Part shown: positions 1 through 50,989 of the stretch, piece after piece
How the letters are laid out: each line of letters begins with the position of its first letter
Numbering within the stretch: the stretch's first letter is position 1
Assembly: GCA_964016885.1 (NCBI GenBank)
Contig: OZ024765.1
Coordinates: 4,898,001-4,962,000 of the forward strand
DNA: 64,000 nt
Direction of reading: 5' to 3'
Source of the DNA: Eledone cirrhosa
Lineage: Eukaryota
Program-made: the position numbers and the translations under genes
The notes under the pieces: model-generated
Database searches by the model: none
What the model was told of the DNA's origin: nothing
Seen by the model: only the letters and a program-made list of their open reading frames with translations

Positions 1-174
1 ACTGGAAGCATGGTTTCTAGAGCTGGCTACCTAACACCAACCATTTTACAGAGTGTACTGGGTGCATGCTTTCTATGGCTAGATACCCATCGTAACACCA
101 ACAACTTTACAACATGTAATAATGATGATGATGATGATAAATAAGTTTGTTTTTTTTGTCTTCTTTTTCTCCAG

Positions 175-35567
<35,393 letters not shown>

Positions 35568-35707
35568 TAGATGCACACACGCGTGTGTGTGTACGCTGAC
35601 ATGTGGCCATACACACACACACACACACATGGACACACAGGCGCAGGCATGCACACACATGTGCATGCATGCGTGCGTGCAGAGACATGAGCACGGGTGC
35701 ATGTGTT

Positions 35708-35740
<33 letters not shown>

Positions 35741-36188
35741 ACACGTGTGTGTGTGCATAAACACATATGGACGTGTGCATAAACACATATGGACGTGTGC
35801 ATAAACATACACATGTGCACATACATACATACAGACATGTACATAGGCACACAAGTGCATATGTATGCATAAACACACACACACACATGTGTACACACTC
35901 ACACACACAGACATGTGTACACACACACACGTGTACACACAAACACACACAGACGTGTGTACACACACACACACACACATACACACAGACATGTGTACAC
36001 GCATACACACACACACACGTGTACACGCATACACACACACGTGTATACACATACACACACACGTGTACACACATACACACACACCTGTGCACACACAATG
36101 TACACACATACACACACACACATGTACACACATACACACACACATACACACACGTGTACACACACACACACATACACACACATACATG

Positions 36189-36220
<32 letters not shown>

Positions 36221-36337
36221 GACAAACTAAATTATTTCTACACTTTTAATCAAAACCAGAAAAAAAGCCTAAAAAAAACAATAATAACTAAAACTAACAA
36301 AAAAAAAGACACAAAACAAACAAAGCATTCAGCCTGG

Positions 36338-36375
<38 letters not shown>

Positions 36376-37885
36376 CATTATTGGGGGAGGGCGGAGGGTT
36401 GGCAGTAATCGGTAGAGCATAGAACAACATGCTTTGCAGCATAGAGTTACGTCCCTTTACCTTTCTGAGTTGAAATCTCTCGCTGAGGTTAGCTTTGCCT
36501 TTCATCCTTATAGAGTCAGGATCGATAAAATCTAATACCAGTAATACACTGGGGTCAATTTAATTGATTTTTTTTTTCCTTCCCTTAACCTTCTAGAGGC
36601 TGAAGTTATTAATGAACTACTTCCCCTTGATACTGTATTATCTGTTAAGGGGAGATAACTCTATCGGTGCATTCAGTCGCCCGCAGCGCCAAGGGGGTTA
36701 AATTTCTTGGCCTTTTGCCTGAATTAGAAAACAGTAAAGAAATTGTTATTATTTAGCCTGGCAAAATCGGTAGAGCGTCGGAGAGATACTTAACAGCGTT
36801 TCCACTGGTTCTTTAAGTTCTGAGTTCAAATCCTGCCCAGAGTCGATAAATGAAAATAATAAAGTACCAGTTAAGTGCTGGGGTGAATTTAATTTGACTT
36901 TCCTACCACCCAAAATTGCTGGCCTTTTGCCTAAATTAGAAATCATTATTATCATCGTTACATCCCTTTATGTTCTGAGTTCAAATTCCGCTAGGCTTAG
37001 CTTTGCCTTTCTTCCTTACGTGGTTGATAAAATAAAGTACCACACTAGGGGGTGAGTTGATAACATTTTCCCTCTCCACAAAATTGCTGGCCTTGTGCCT
37101 AAATCAGAAACAATTATTAGTATTACTATTGGTGGAGTAGCAGAATTGGTAGAGCATCGAACATGATTCTTTTTTGGCGTAGAGTTATGGCCCTTTGCGT
37201 TCTGAGTTCAAATCTGGCCCCAAAATTGCTGGCCTTGTGCCTAAATCAGAAACCATTATTAGGGCGGTGGATTGGCAGTATCGGTAGAGGGTCGGACGCC
37301 ATGTTTTTTTTACGCATAGAGTTACGGCCATTTACGTTCTGAGTTCAAATCCTGCCGAGGTTAACTTTGCCTTTCATCCTTACGGGGGGTCGATAAAATA
37401 AAGTACCAGTAATACACTGGGGTAATTGCTGGCCTTGTGCCTAAAGTATAAACAATTATTAGTATTATTACTATTGGTGGAGTAGCAGAATTGGTAGAGC
37501 ATCGAACATGATTCTTTTTTGGCGTAGAGTTATGGCCCTTTGCATTCCGAGTTCAAATCTGTCCGAGGTTAGTTTTACCTTTCATCCTTACAGGGGTCGA
37601 AAAAATAAAGTACCAGTAATACACTGGGGGCCGATTTAATCGACTTCCCCTCCCCCCCAAAATTGCTGGCCTTGTGCCTATATCATTAACAATTATTATT
37701 ATTATTATTGTTGCTGTTGTTGTTGTTGTTACACTCTTTGCCAAAAAATGTAGAGTTTCAACAATAACAACTGTTTTGAAAATTTTATAAAAAATATAAT
37801 TTAAAAAGATTTAGATAGCGAAGAGAAACACATAGTACTCCTTGTGTACAGAGGTACTATCTTGTCTAAGTATACTACAGATACA

Positions 37886-37921
<36 letters not shown>

Positions 37922-38155
37922 TGTATATATGTATATTTATATAAATGTGCGTGTATGTATGTATATATATATATGTATGTGTGTATATATATGTGTATGT
38001 ATGTATACGTATGTGTGTATATATGTGTATGTATGTATACGTATGTATGTATATATGTGTATGTATGTATACGTATGTATGTATATATGTATACGTATAT
38101 ATACGTATGTATGTATATATGTGTATGTATATATACGTATGTATATATGTATTTG

Positions 38156-38198
<43 letters not shown>

Positions 38199-38339
38199 TG
38201 ATATATAAATAATAGCCCTATCACCGAACTACATTCTCCCCCCAAAACACAGTAGTTATCACCCATCATAGTGCTAATGTCTACAAGAACTTACAATGCG
38301 TTGTCTCTTGAGGTCCCTGGGTGAAACTTGGAGTCAGCT

Positions 38340-39240
38340 TGTAGGTGTTCTGGGAATTATAAAAACACACAGATAAATACATATCCAAAACCTCAGGACT
38401 TACAAATATATACAGCATACAGAAGATAGCACTACTAGTCACTGTATATATATTATATAGAGTACCACAGGACTTACAAATATATACAGCATACAGAAGA
38501 TAGCACTACTAGGTACTGTATATATATTATATAGAGTACCACAGGACTTACAAATATATACAGTATACAGAAGATAGCACTACTAGGTACTGTATATATA
38601 TTATATAGAGTACCACAGGACTTATTAATATATACAACATACAAAAGATAACACTACTAGGTACTGTATATATATTATATAGAGTACCACAGGACTTACA
38701 AATATATACAGTATACAGAAGATAGCACTACTAGGTACTGTATATATATTATATAGAGTACCACAGGACTTACAAATATATACAACATACAGAAGATAGC
38801 ACTACTAGGTACTGTATATATATTATATAGAGTACCACAGGACTTACAAATATATACAGTATACAGAAGATAGCACTACTAGGTACTGTATATATATTAT
38901 ATAGAGTACCACAGGACTTATTAATATATACAACATACAAAAGATAACACTACTAGGTACTGTATATATATTATATAGAGTACCACAGGACTTATTAATA
39001 TATACAGCATACAGAAGATAGCACTACTAGGTACTGTATATATATTATATAGAGTACCACAGGACTTATTAATATATACAGCATACAAAAGATAACACTA
39101 CTAGGTACTGCACACATATTACTAAAAGTACTATCAATACAATAGAAACAACACCAGCAAAACCTACACTGCACATACCCAAGGTACACAGAGCTGTGCT
39201 CGGTAAAGCAGTAATGATGTGCAATAAGAATAATAATTAA
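38340..39240 (+). mobile_element. Dong/R4-like non-LTR retrotransposon 3' fragment with an internal 74-bp minisatellite (~38394-39110)
   Basis: Remnant reading VGVLGIIK...IQKITLLGTAHILLKVLSIQ*, then a (TAA) tail. Confidence 0.65.
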
Positions 39241-39550
39241 CCAATACCAGTATTTAGAGTGGGAGTTAAAAAGGATTTGGGATTGTCATGAAATCAAGGT
39301 CGTCCCGATTGTCATAGGAGCGCTAGGTACTATCTTGAAGAGCTTCCAAGGCTGGTGAAAGAACACTAGTCCAGCCCCTCTTTTTTGGAACACTTCAAGA
39401 GACATGCCAGCAAGGACCCTCTGATACGTCCTGAATATCTGGGGCTTCAGGTAGCTGCTTGATGTTGATTTGAGCAAATTTTCTTGTTAAGTAACAGCAA
39501 ATGACAGATATCAAATTCATAATAATAATAATAATAATAATAATAATGCT
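39241..39550 (+). mobile_element. Dong/R4-like non-LTR retrotransposon 3' end (restriction-like endonuclease region)
   Basis: LEWELKRIWDCHEIKVVPIVIGALGTI motif; (TAA)n tail at ~39520-39547. Confidence 0.75.
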
Positions 39551-40019
39551 TTCTTTATCAACCACCAGGGCTTTACACATAATAATAATAATGATGGTGG
39601 TTTCTTATACTGTCCACAAGAACCCAAGACATTGGGGATAATATGAAGACAAAAATAAGATAGAGTAGGGGTTTACACCAAGTAAAGGGGGACATCACTG
39701 AAGCAGTGGGTACAGGTAACAATAATAGAATCTTTAAAATAATAATTATAATAATAATAATAATAACAACAACAACACCAACAACAGTCAATTTAAATGA
39801 ACTACAGCAGATATTGGACTGTTTATATTTCAGGCAGAATCATTATTTAAATTTTCAAAACCAATTTCAATCGGAATGATGTGGACTGAATGCCAAAAAA
39901 TGGTTTGGTAAAACTTGAGGATTCCTTTAAAAGAATGTGTCATATATATACTTATGTACATGTCACACCATTTTCCATGAAAATACGATGTGTAAATCTG
40001 TGATTTCTCTTATCTCCAA

Positions 40020-40820
40020 AACCACAATCCCAAATATATAGTACACTGTAAATGTTGTATGTAAAATGGAGGTGCGATTTAACTATGGGACCAACAAAAA
40101 CTCAATTTAAAATATATGGTACACTGTAAATGTTGTATGCAAAATGGAGGTGTGACTTATCCACATTCCTAAATATATGGTACACTGTAAATGTTGTATA
40201 TAAAACGGAGGTGCGACTTATCTACTGAACCAACAAAACTGAAATTCCAAATATATGTTACATTGTAAATGTTTTATGTAATATGGAGGTGGGACTTATC
40301 TCCTGGACCTACAAAACTACAATTCCAAATATATGGTACATTGGAAGTGGTGTATATAAAATGGAGGTGTGACTTATCTCCTGGACCAACAAAACCACAA
40401 TTTAAAATATATGGTATACTGTAAATGTTGTATGTAAAATGGAGATGTGGTTTAACTCCTGGTCATACAAAACTGCAACTCCATCTATATGGTACACTGT
40501 ATGTAAAATGGAGGTATGACTTATCTACTGGACCAACAAAACCACGATTCCAAATATATGGTACACTGTATGTAAAATGGAGGTATGACTTATCTACTGG
40601 ACCAACAAAACCACGATTCCAAATATATGGTACACTGTATGTAAAATGGAGGTATGACATCTACTGGACCAACAAAACCAGGATTCCAAATACATGGTAC
40701 ACTGTAAATGTTATATGTAAAATGGAGATGTGACTTATCTATGTGACCAACAAAACCACAATTTAAAATATATGGTACACTGTAAATGTATGTAAAATGG
40801 AGGTATGACTTATCTACCAG
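40020..40820. repeat. Degenerate ~70-90-bp tandem repeat
   Basis: Recurrent TATATGGTACACTGTA...GTAAAATGGAGGT...GGACCAACAAAACCAC. Confidence 0.85.
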
Positions 40821-41619
40821 TATGATTTATACATAAGTATATACTGTATATACTGTAATTATTTAAGATTAACAGTCAATTTAATTTAACTAAACTATTA
40901 CAAACAGAATGATAATTTAAACTTAAAAAAAAAACAATTTAAACCATCTCCGAAAGGACCAATGTGGAAAAGCAAGACCCTGGTTTAATAAAACTACACA
41001 ATTCTATTTAATATATATAATATAATTTATTAAATGATATATATGTGAAGGTATGTGGCTTAGTGGTTAGGATGTTCAACTCATAATCGTAAGGTCATGA
41101 GTTTGATTCCCAGACCGGGTGGTACATTGTTTCCTTGAGCAAGATGCTTTATTTCACGTTCTTTCCAGTCCACTCAGCTGGCAAAAAGATGAGTTGTACA
41201 TGTATTTGAAAGGAGGCTGTCTTGTCACACATTGTGTCAGACTGGATCTCCCTGAGAACTACATTAAAGGTGCATGTGTCTGTGGAATGCTCTGCCACTT
41301 GCACATTAATTTCATGAGCACTTGTTGTCAGAAATGACAAAGGTCCAACAAACACACAAATAAAATATATATTATTGTTGTTGTTGTTGGTAGTGGGTTG
41401 GTAAGGCTGTAGTCGGGGTAGATGGCTGTTGGCCCTAAGGAGCTCATCTGTTTCACATTTAACAGCTCTTGTGCTGCTGGTGTTTCACTTACCCTCATCA
41501 GACCAGGGTTTATTGGGGGGAGCCTGTTTAGTTGCCAAATATGTGACCATAAAACAACGTGACCCAACCAGGATCTGATAGGGGAGCTGGTTTCATCACT
41601 GACCACTTGACCATGAAGC

Positions 41620-42220
41620 AGGTTATACTGGGCTACATGGGCACCAGTAGATACCAGTCAGAAACCTGGCTCAACCAGACCAGGGTCTGATGAGACAGCC
41701 AGTTTAGTTGCTGACCTCACAACCAGTAGATACCAGTCAGAAACCTGGCTCAACCAGACCAGGGTCTGATGAGACAGCCAGTTTAGTTGCTGACCTCACA
41801 ACCAGTAGATACCAGTCAGAAACCTGGCTCAACCAGACCAGGGTCTGATGAGACAGCCAGTTTAGTTGCTGACCACACAACCAGGTTATACTGGGCTACA
41901 TGGGCACCAGTAGATACCAGTCAGAAACCTGGCTCAACCTGACCAGGGTCTGATGAGAGAGCCAGTTTAGTTGCTGACCTCACAACCAGTAGATACCAGT
42001 CAGAAACCTGGCTCAACCAGACCAGGGTCTGATGAGACAGCCAGTTTAGTTGCTGACCACACAACCAGGTTATACTGGGCTACATGGGCACCAGTAGATA
42101 CCAGTCAGAAACCTGGCTCAACCTGACCAGGGTCTGATGAGAGGGCCAGTTTAGTCGCTGACCACACAACCAGGTTATACTGGACTACACGGGCACCAGT
42201 AGATACCAGTCAGAAACCTG
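41620..42220. repeat. Tandem repeat with alternating ~78-bp and ~104-bp units
   Basis: ACCAGTAGATACCAGTCAGAAACCTGGCTCAACCAGACCAGGGTCTGATGAGACAGCC recurs. Confidence 0.9.
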
Positions 42221-42933
42221 ACCTGACATGTTGTATATAGGACTGTATTGGATGTTGTACAATACATGATGGTATTTATACTTTAATAACATATAAACAC
42301 TTTTTGTATATAAAAGGAAAAAAAGAGAAAAAAATGGGAGAGAAGACATACACAATTACACAGGGTGGGGAGCCTGAAGTTACCCTCTAGTAATGTTTGA
42401 GGTAAGCCAACATACAGCATTACTGCTTAGTGGGGCTAAGTCACTGGAATAACCAAGCAACCTTACCTTGATCTGTCTTACCTGACACGTCGGTAAGGCC
42501 AAGAGACTGAGGCAAAGATATTATAACTAAACCCCCTCAAGGATATCACCTGATATATCAGTAAGGCTGGGTGATAGCATGACTAAGACACTGGAATAGC
42601 CAAGCACCCTTACCAGGAGGTCATCTGATATGTCAGCAAGGTTAAGACACTGGAATTGCCCTTGTGGGCAACACCTAATACATCAGTAAGGCTGGTTGAT
42701 AGCGAGTCTATGACACTGGAATAACGAGGGACCATTACTCTGAACATCAGCTGATAATTTGGTAAGACTAAGTGCTAGAGAGGCTAAGACACTAGAATAA
42801 CAAAGCACCTTTACTATGATTATCACCTGATAATACAGTAAAGCTGTCTGTGGCCCATCTCACCACAAATGTTTCAAACAGACACTTATTTGTTAAAAGA
42901 TGCTATAGCTCCATATTTGGACCCTGTCTCCGA

Positions 42934-43530
42934 CTGTAATATTTCTGTAATACCTCTGTAATATCTGTCTAATATTCCTGTAATATCTGTCTAATATTCC
43001 TGTAATATCTGTGTGATATTCCTGTAATATCTGTCTAATATTCCTGTAATATCTGTCTAATATTCCCGTAATATCTAATATTCCTGTAATATATGTGTGA
43101 TATTCTCGTAATATCTCTGTAATATCTTTGTGATATCTCAGATTGTAATATACCACACTGTAATACCTCTGTAATAACTATGATATATGTGTGATATACT
43201 AATATACCAGACTGTAATACCTCTGTAATAACTGATATATGTGTAATACACTAATATATCACACTGTAATACCTCTGTAATAACTATGATATATGTGTGA
43301 TATACTAATATACCACACTGTAATAACACTGTAATACCTCTGTAATAACTATGATATAATTGTGATATACTAATATACCACACTGTAATAACACTGTAAT
43401 ACCTCTGTAATAACTATGATATATGTGTGATATACTAATATACCACACTGTAATACCTCTGTAATACCTTTGTGATATCTCAGCCAGTTATCTAATAACT
43501 GTAATATCTCTGTAATATACCAGGCTGTAA
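42934..43530. repeat. Degenerate short-period (TGTAATA-based) minisatellite
   Basis: Repeated CTGTAATATCTGTCTAATATTC and CTGTAATACCT variants. Confidence 0.8.
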
Positions 43531-43617
43531 TAATTTAATGTAAACATTCCATGCCAAATTAACATTCTAAGCAGCAAATCAAACATTCCATCTAACTTGT
43601 ATATATGTATGTGGAAG

Positions 43618-43656
<39 letters not shown>

Positions 43657-43775
43657 AATGTATATGTGTGTGTATTTATGTATATATATATGTGTGTGTT
43701 TGTGTATATGTGGGAGGGTGTATGTGTGTATATGTATGTGTAGGAGGGTATATATATATATATATATATTTTTTA

Positions 43776-43897
43776 TTTTATTTTATAGAAGGAGCTTCTA
43801 CAGGACTAGTACTGTTTCATTCAGATGAAATCTTCAGGAAGATTTCATCTGAATGAAACAGTACTAGTCCTGTAGAAGCTCCTTCTATAAAATAAAA
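43776..43897. repeat. Perfect 60-bp-arm palindrome (2-nt loop) in a Penelope-like remnant; same family at 44630-44770 and 61505-61640
   Basis: 43776-43835 is the exact reverse complement of 43838-43897; the - strand reads CTGAAGA-TTTCATCTGAAT-GAAAC-AGTACTA-GTC. Confidence 0.85.
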
Positions 43898-44137
43898 AAA
43901 TTTTACTCTGCCATGTATTGAGTACCTTACTTACTGTGGTTATCCCCGACTCAACCCGGGACCTACGTATATATATATATATATGTGTGTGTTTGTGTAT
44001 ATGTGGGAGGGTGTATGTGTGTATATGTATGTGTAGGAGGGTATATATATATATATGTGTGTCTAATGGTAGCTAAGATGCGTCCATAGGCGGTATGCCG
44101 GTTGAGCACTCTATACTCCCACGGATCAAAGTATTAT

Positions 44138-44483
44138 AGAATGGAAAACGAAAAATCAGTGATGCATCAGAACTCAATTTACTGTGTTACAATTGTTTCC
44201 CCGGCGGACAGCTTGAGGTGCAATCCGTGTGTGGATCGACCTGACTCTAGACTCGCAGGTTCCTCGGACACGTCTATTGATTTCGGAGTGTAGCCTCTTT
44301 CTGTGTAATACACTAGTATACCAGAGGATATGCTCCGAAATCAATAGACATGTCCGAGGAACCTGTGAGTCTAGAGTCAGGTAGATCCACACACGGATCG
44401 CACCTCAAGCTGTCCGCCGGGGAAACAATTGTAACACAGTAAATTGAGTTCTGATGCATCACTGATTTTTCGTTTTCCATTCT
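44138..44483. repeat. ~150-bp-arm inverted repeat; each arm carries a variant hammerhead motif
   Basis: Right arm: TGT-CCGAGGA-...-GAAA-CAATTG-TA-ACA (44351-44436), mirrored on the left arm. Confidence 0.8.
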
Positions 44484-44515
44484 CTCTATCTCTCTCTCTC
44501 TCCCTCCCCCTCTCC

Positions 44516-44549
<34 letters not shown>

Positions 44550-44580
44550 ATCTCTATCTCTCTCTCTCTCTCTCTCTATA

Positions 44581-44630
<50 letters not shown>

Positions 44631-44994
44631 TGGGTCCCCAGTGTATATCGGGAGGTAGCTACTGTTAAAAAGGTACTCAATACATTAGTAGAGTACAGGC
44701 ATCTTTATTTTATTATAGATATAACTTCTACAGGACTAGAACTGTTTCATTCATAAGAAATCATCATGGAAGTTAAAAGTTTAAACACTTTCCTGATGGG
44801 GGTTTCTTCTCTGAAGACCTTCTACTGTCCAGCTCTCCTGAGAGTTTCTTACCACTGTATGTATATATATACATACAGTCAACTCACTAATATATATATA
44901 TATATATATACATACAGTCAACTCACTAATATAATTAAAATATATGATATTCTCTACTTTAGTATTGAGCACTTTCCCTCATGTTTGGAAATCC

Positions 44995-47420
<2,426 letters not shown>

Positions 47421-47529
47421 AATCATCATTATCAATATTTAATGTCCATTTTCCCTGCTAGCAAGGATTGGGTGGCCGTCACATAGTGAGTCAGTACTTA
47501 ATTGGTACTACTAACCATCTCACATACAT

Positions 47530-48075
47530 TACCACACTTTACAGAGTGTACTGGGTGCGTTTTATCATGGCACCAGTATTAGAGAGGTTGTCATCTTTGA
47601 CACAACTGCAAAGTCCTCTCAACCCTTTTTTTTTTTTTCACATGGTTTCTACATCTGGATTCCCTTCCTGATGCCAACCACTTTACAGAGTGTACTGGGT
47701 GCGTTTTATCATGGCACCAGTATTAGAGAGGTTGTCATCTTTGACACAACTGCAAAGTCCTCTCAACCCTTTTTTTTTTTTTCACATGGTTTCTACATCT
47801 GGATTCCCTTCCTGATGCCAACCACTTTACAGAGTGTACTGGGTGCGTTTTATCATGGCACCAGTATTAGAGAGGTTGTCATCTTTGACACAACTGCAAA
47901 GTCCTCTCAACCCTTTTTTTTTTTTTCACATGGTTTCTACATCTGGATTCCCTTCCTGATGCCAACCACTTTACAGAGTGTACTGGGTGCGTTTTATTGT
48001 GGCACCAGTATTAGGGGTGTTGTCATTTCTTTGACACAACTATATACTTGTAAACTCCTCTCAACCCCTTTTTAG
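47530..48075. repeat. 141-bp tandem repeat (~3.8 copies) of a dispersed-repeat segment
   Basis: CACTTTACAGAGTGTACTGGGTGCGTTTTAT recurs with a 141-bp period. Confidence 0.9.
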
Positions 48076-48089
48076 GGGTGAGTGAGATC

Positions 48090-49165
48090 ATACTCCCATT
48101 CTTAATCTGGTGAGACCTCTCCAGTACAGCATGTTGCTTATACCCCCCCCACCCCCCCACCCCATGGTCCTTTGTTATCTTCCTGCCATACAATTCCTAA
48201 GCTAAGTCTTCACCACTTCATTCCATGTCTTCCTAGGTCTTACCTCTTCCACAAGTTCCATCCATTGAGATTTCTCACCTCATAATTATGCAGCTGTCAC
48301 CACCCATACACATCACATGTCCATACCAGCACAGTATTCTTCCCCACACACTACATCTGATTCCCCTTATGCCAAATTTTTTTCTCAAGAACCATCTTCC
48401 ATACATCACATGTCTACACCAGTACAGTCTTCTCTCTTGCACACTACATCCAATTCTTCTTATGCCAAGTTTTTCTCTCAGCCCGCTTATGCTATGTCTT
48501 TCATGCACACTAACACACACACACACTACACATCCATCGGAGCATCATATTAGCTTCATTTCATTCTGGCTTTCTCAGGTCTTCTGCAGTTAAGGCCTGT
48601 GCCTTACTGGCATATAAGATCATTGTATACGTGCATCAAACAGTTTACCCATCATTCTGAGAGAAAAAATCTTTTGTTGTCTGCAGAGATATTAGTTCCC
48701 TTAACTTCTTTCAGCCCTTTCTTACCCTCAGAAGCCCACTTTCTGTACATCCACTCCCAATTGTAATTGGGTCACCTCAGTAGCAACAGCTGTCAATGAC
48801 ACTAGAGAGCTGTCCAGACAGTTGAAGGAGTCTATGGGGGCTCTTAGTGCTTATTTCTCCTTTACCTTTATCACTTACAAAGCCCACCTTTTCTATTAAC
48901 CTACCTGAAATACCACTGCATCTCGTGGATCCATAGATAGCACTGAGCACTTTATAAAATTTCTACATACTCCTTTTCAACATATCAACCCAGAGCCATT
49001 TTCTCGCTTATATCAAAATCCTGTCTTCTTTTCTACTTATAAAGACCTTTGTCTTTGCTAGGTTTACTTTTAGTCCTTTTAATTCAAGATTTTTCTTCCA
49101 TGTTGGAATTTTGCCTCTAACTTTTCAACAGAATCAACTATAGGGACTAAGTCATCAGCATACAA
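48090..49165 (-). mobile_element. Decayed RTE-clade LINE, 3' part of ORF
   Basis: - strand YADDLV at ~49160, WKKNLELKGLKVNLAKTKVF, ...MLRWMC, LREKLGIRRI...RRLYW; frameshifted. Confidence 0.85.
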
Positions 49166-49399
49166 TAACAGCTACAACAACAACAATCTTTTTAGAGCCA
49201 ATTACTCTGCTGAAGCAGTGGTTAGCTTTGTGGACTTTTAAACCTACAGAACATTGATTCAAAATATATGGTACATGACAAATGTTGTATAAACATATAT
49301 TTGATTTATACACATGCAGTGGAAGAAGACATTTACTCTCAATGTAATGCCACAGCAGAGGGTGATGGAGGCAAAGTAACACACTCACTGCATTGTCAT

Positions 49400-49805
49400 G
49401 AGAGATAGCGAGGCTAAGACACTGGAATAGTTAAGTACCCTTACCAGGAGTAGTACCTGACACATCAGTGAGGCCAGGTGATAGCGTGGCTAAGACACTG
49501 GAATAGCCAAGCACCCTCACGGGCATCACCTGATATTTGGTGAGACTGGGTGATAGCAAGGCTAAGACACTGGAATAGCCAAGCACCCTCACGGGCATCA
49601 CCTGATATTTGGTGAGACTGGGTGATAGCAAGGCTAAGACACTGGAATAGTCAAGCACCCTCATGGGCATCACCTGATATTTGGTGAGACTGGGTGATAG
49701 CAAGGCTAAGACACTGGAATAGCCAAGCACCCTCACGGGCATCACCTGATATTTGGTGAGACTGGGTGATAGCAAGGCTAAAACACTGGAATAGCCAAGC
49801 ACCCT
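49400..49805. repeat. 72-bp minisatellite (~5 copies); older copies of the same unit at ~42400-42845
   Basis: CTAAGACACTGGAATAGCCAAGCACCCTCACGGGCATCACCTGATATTTGGTGAGACTGGGTGATAGCAAGG. Confidence 0.9.
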
Positions 49806-50672
49806 TTCAGGCTCCAGAAGACATGTTGGTAAATCTAAGAAATTCAGTCAGTACCTGTTAGTCAGTTGGAAGTGTCTGAGCAGGTTTGTTAAGTTTTGGC
49901 ACCCTCTTCTCCTGTCTGCTAGCTACACACAATGCCAGCATACACCCAAGGTGGCATTCCAGTTGTCCACTGTCTCACTAAAGTGTGGGACATTCCTAGA
50001 GAGATCCCGCTAGGTGTCTGAAGAAATCTGGCCCACACTGTCCTGGTTTGGGGTATAAAGATCTCTCTAGGTGTCTGAAGAAATCTGGCCCACACTGTCC
50101 TGGTTTGGGACATAAATGGCCACTAGCCAGAAAACATGAGTCCTTTACAGTACCACCAGATGTTAATGAGGCTCAGATAGAGGAATAACCAAGCACCCTC
50201 ACCAGGCGGTGTATGTCCTAGTGATAAGGGTGTTGGACTTACGATCATAATGTCGTGGATTCGATTCCTGGACTGGGTTGCATGTTGTGTTCTTGAACAA
50301 AACACTTCATTTCATGTTGCTCCGATATACTCAGCTGAGAATAAGTACCAGCAATAGCTGAGGGTTTAACCCTGTGATGGACTGGTGTCCTGTCCAGGGG
50401 CAGGTATTCTACTCTCAGTCACTTCACGCTACAAAACCAGGATAAGCACCAACTTGATGAGCCTCCTGGCTCAAGAAAGACTTTATACTTGCCAGGAGCA
50501 TTGTAGCAGCCCAACTCCACACCGCAGACATCTCCAACACTCACATGATGAAAAATTAGTTTGTCAACAATTCCTGGTATTTTAAGAATTTCTTCCATTC
50601 CACAGAATAAAATGGAGGTGAGATTTATACATGAGTATATAATGTAGATAATTAATACCACATAATGAAAAT

Positions 50673-50744
50673 ATATGTTTTATTATATATATTTCGAAGG
50701 TACTGTGCTGTTTTTTCAGTACGTCCTCGTCAGATAAAACACAT
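50673..50744 (-). ncRNA. Type I hammerhead ribozyme motif (best preserved in the window)
   Basis: - strand: ATGTGTTTTAT-CTGACGA-GGACGTACTGAAAAAACAGCACAGTACCTTC-GAAA-TATATA-TA-ATAAAACATAT; 11-bp helix I. Confidence 0.85.
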
Positions 50745-50862
50745 GAATTGAGGTATGACATACCTCAACTGTCTTGATGGTTCAATTCCAGTATTGACTA
50801 CCAATATTTTCATTATGTGAATGTCTTCATTTATTATTATTCTGAATAATAAATATATAAAC

Positions 50863-50895
<33 letters not shown>

Positions 50896-50989
50896 GTATA
50901 TATATAATTAAAATCTCGTTAATTATGTTTGCTCAAGGACAACATTGAAAATCAAACCAATACAAAGCAACCTCCTCGTTCTCATTTGC

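Noticed and set aside
38295-38349. Minus-strand exon-like segment (ttcccag|...|gtaagt), with a possible terminal exon at 37874-37801
   Set aside because: The acceptor overlaps the start of the + strand Dong/R4-like remnant and the body looks like retroelement 3' UTR; no recognisable peptide.
49300-49395. Hairpin ATGCAGTG...CACTGCAT as an H/ACA snoRNA or pre-miRNA
   Set aside because: No H box between hairpins and the stem is too interrupted.
50764-50841. Minus-strand exon-like segment with GAG|gtatgt donor
   Set aside because: Part of the hammerhead-bearing element; the donor is one arm of the hairpin TTGAGGTATG-A-CATACCTCAA.
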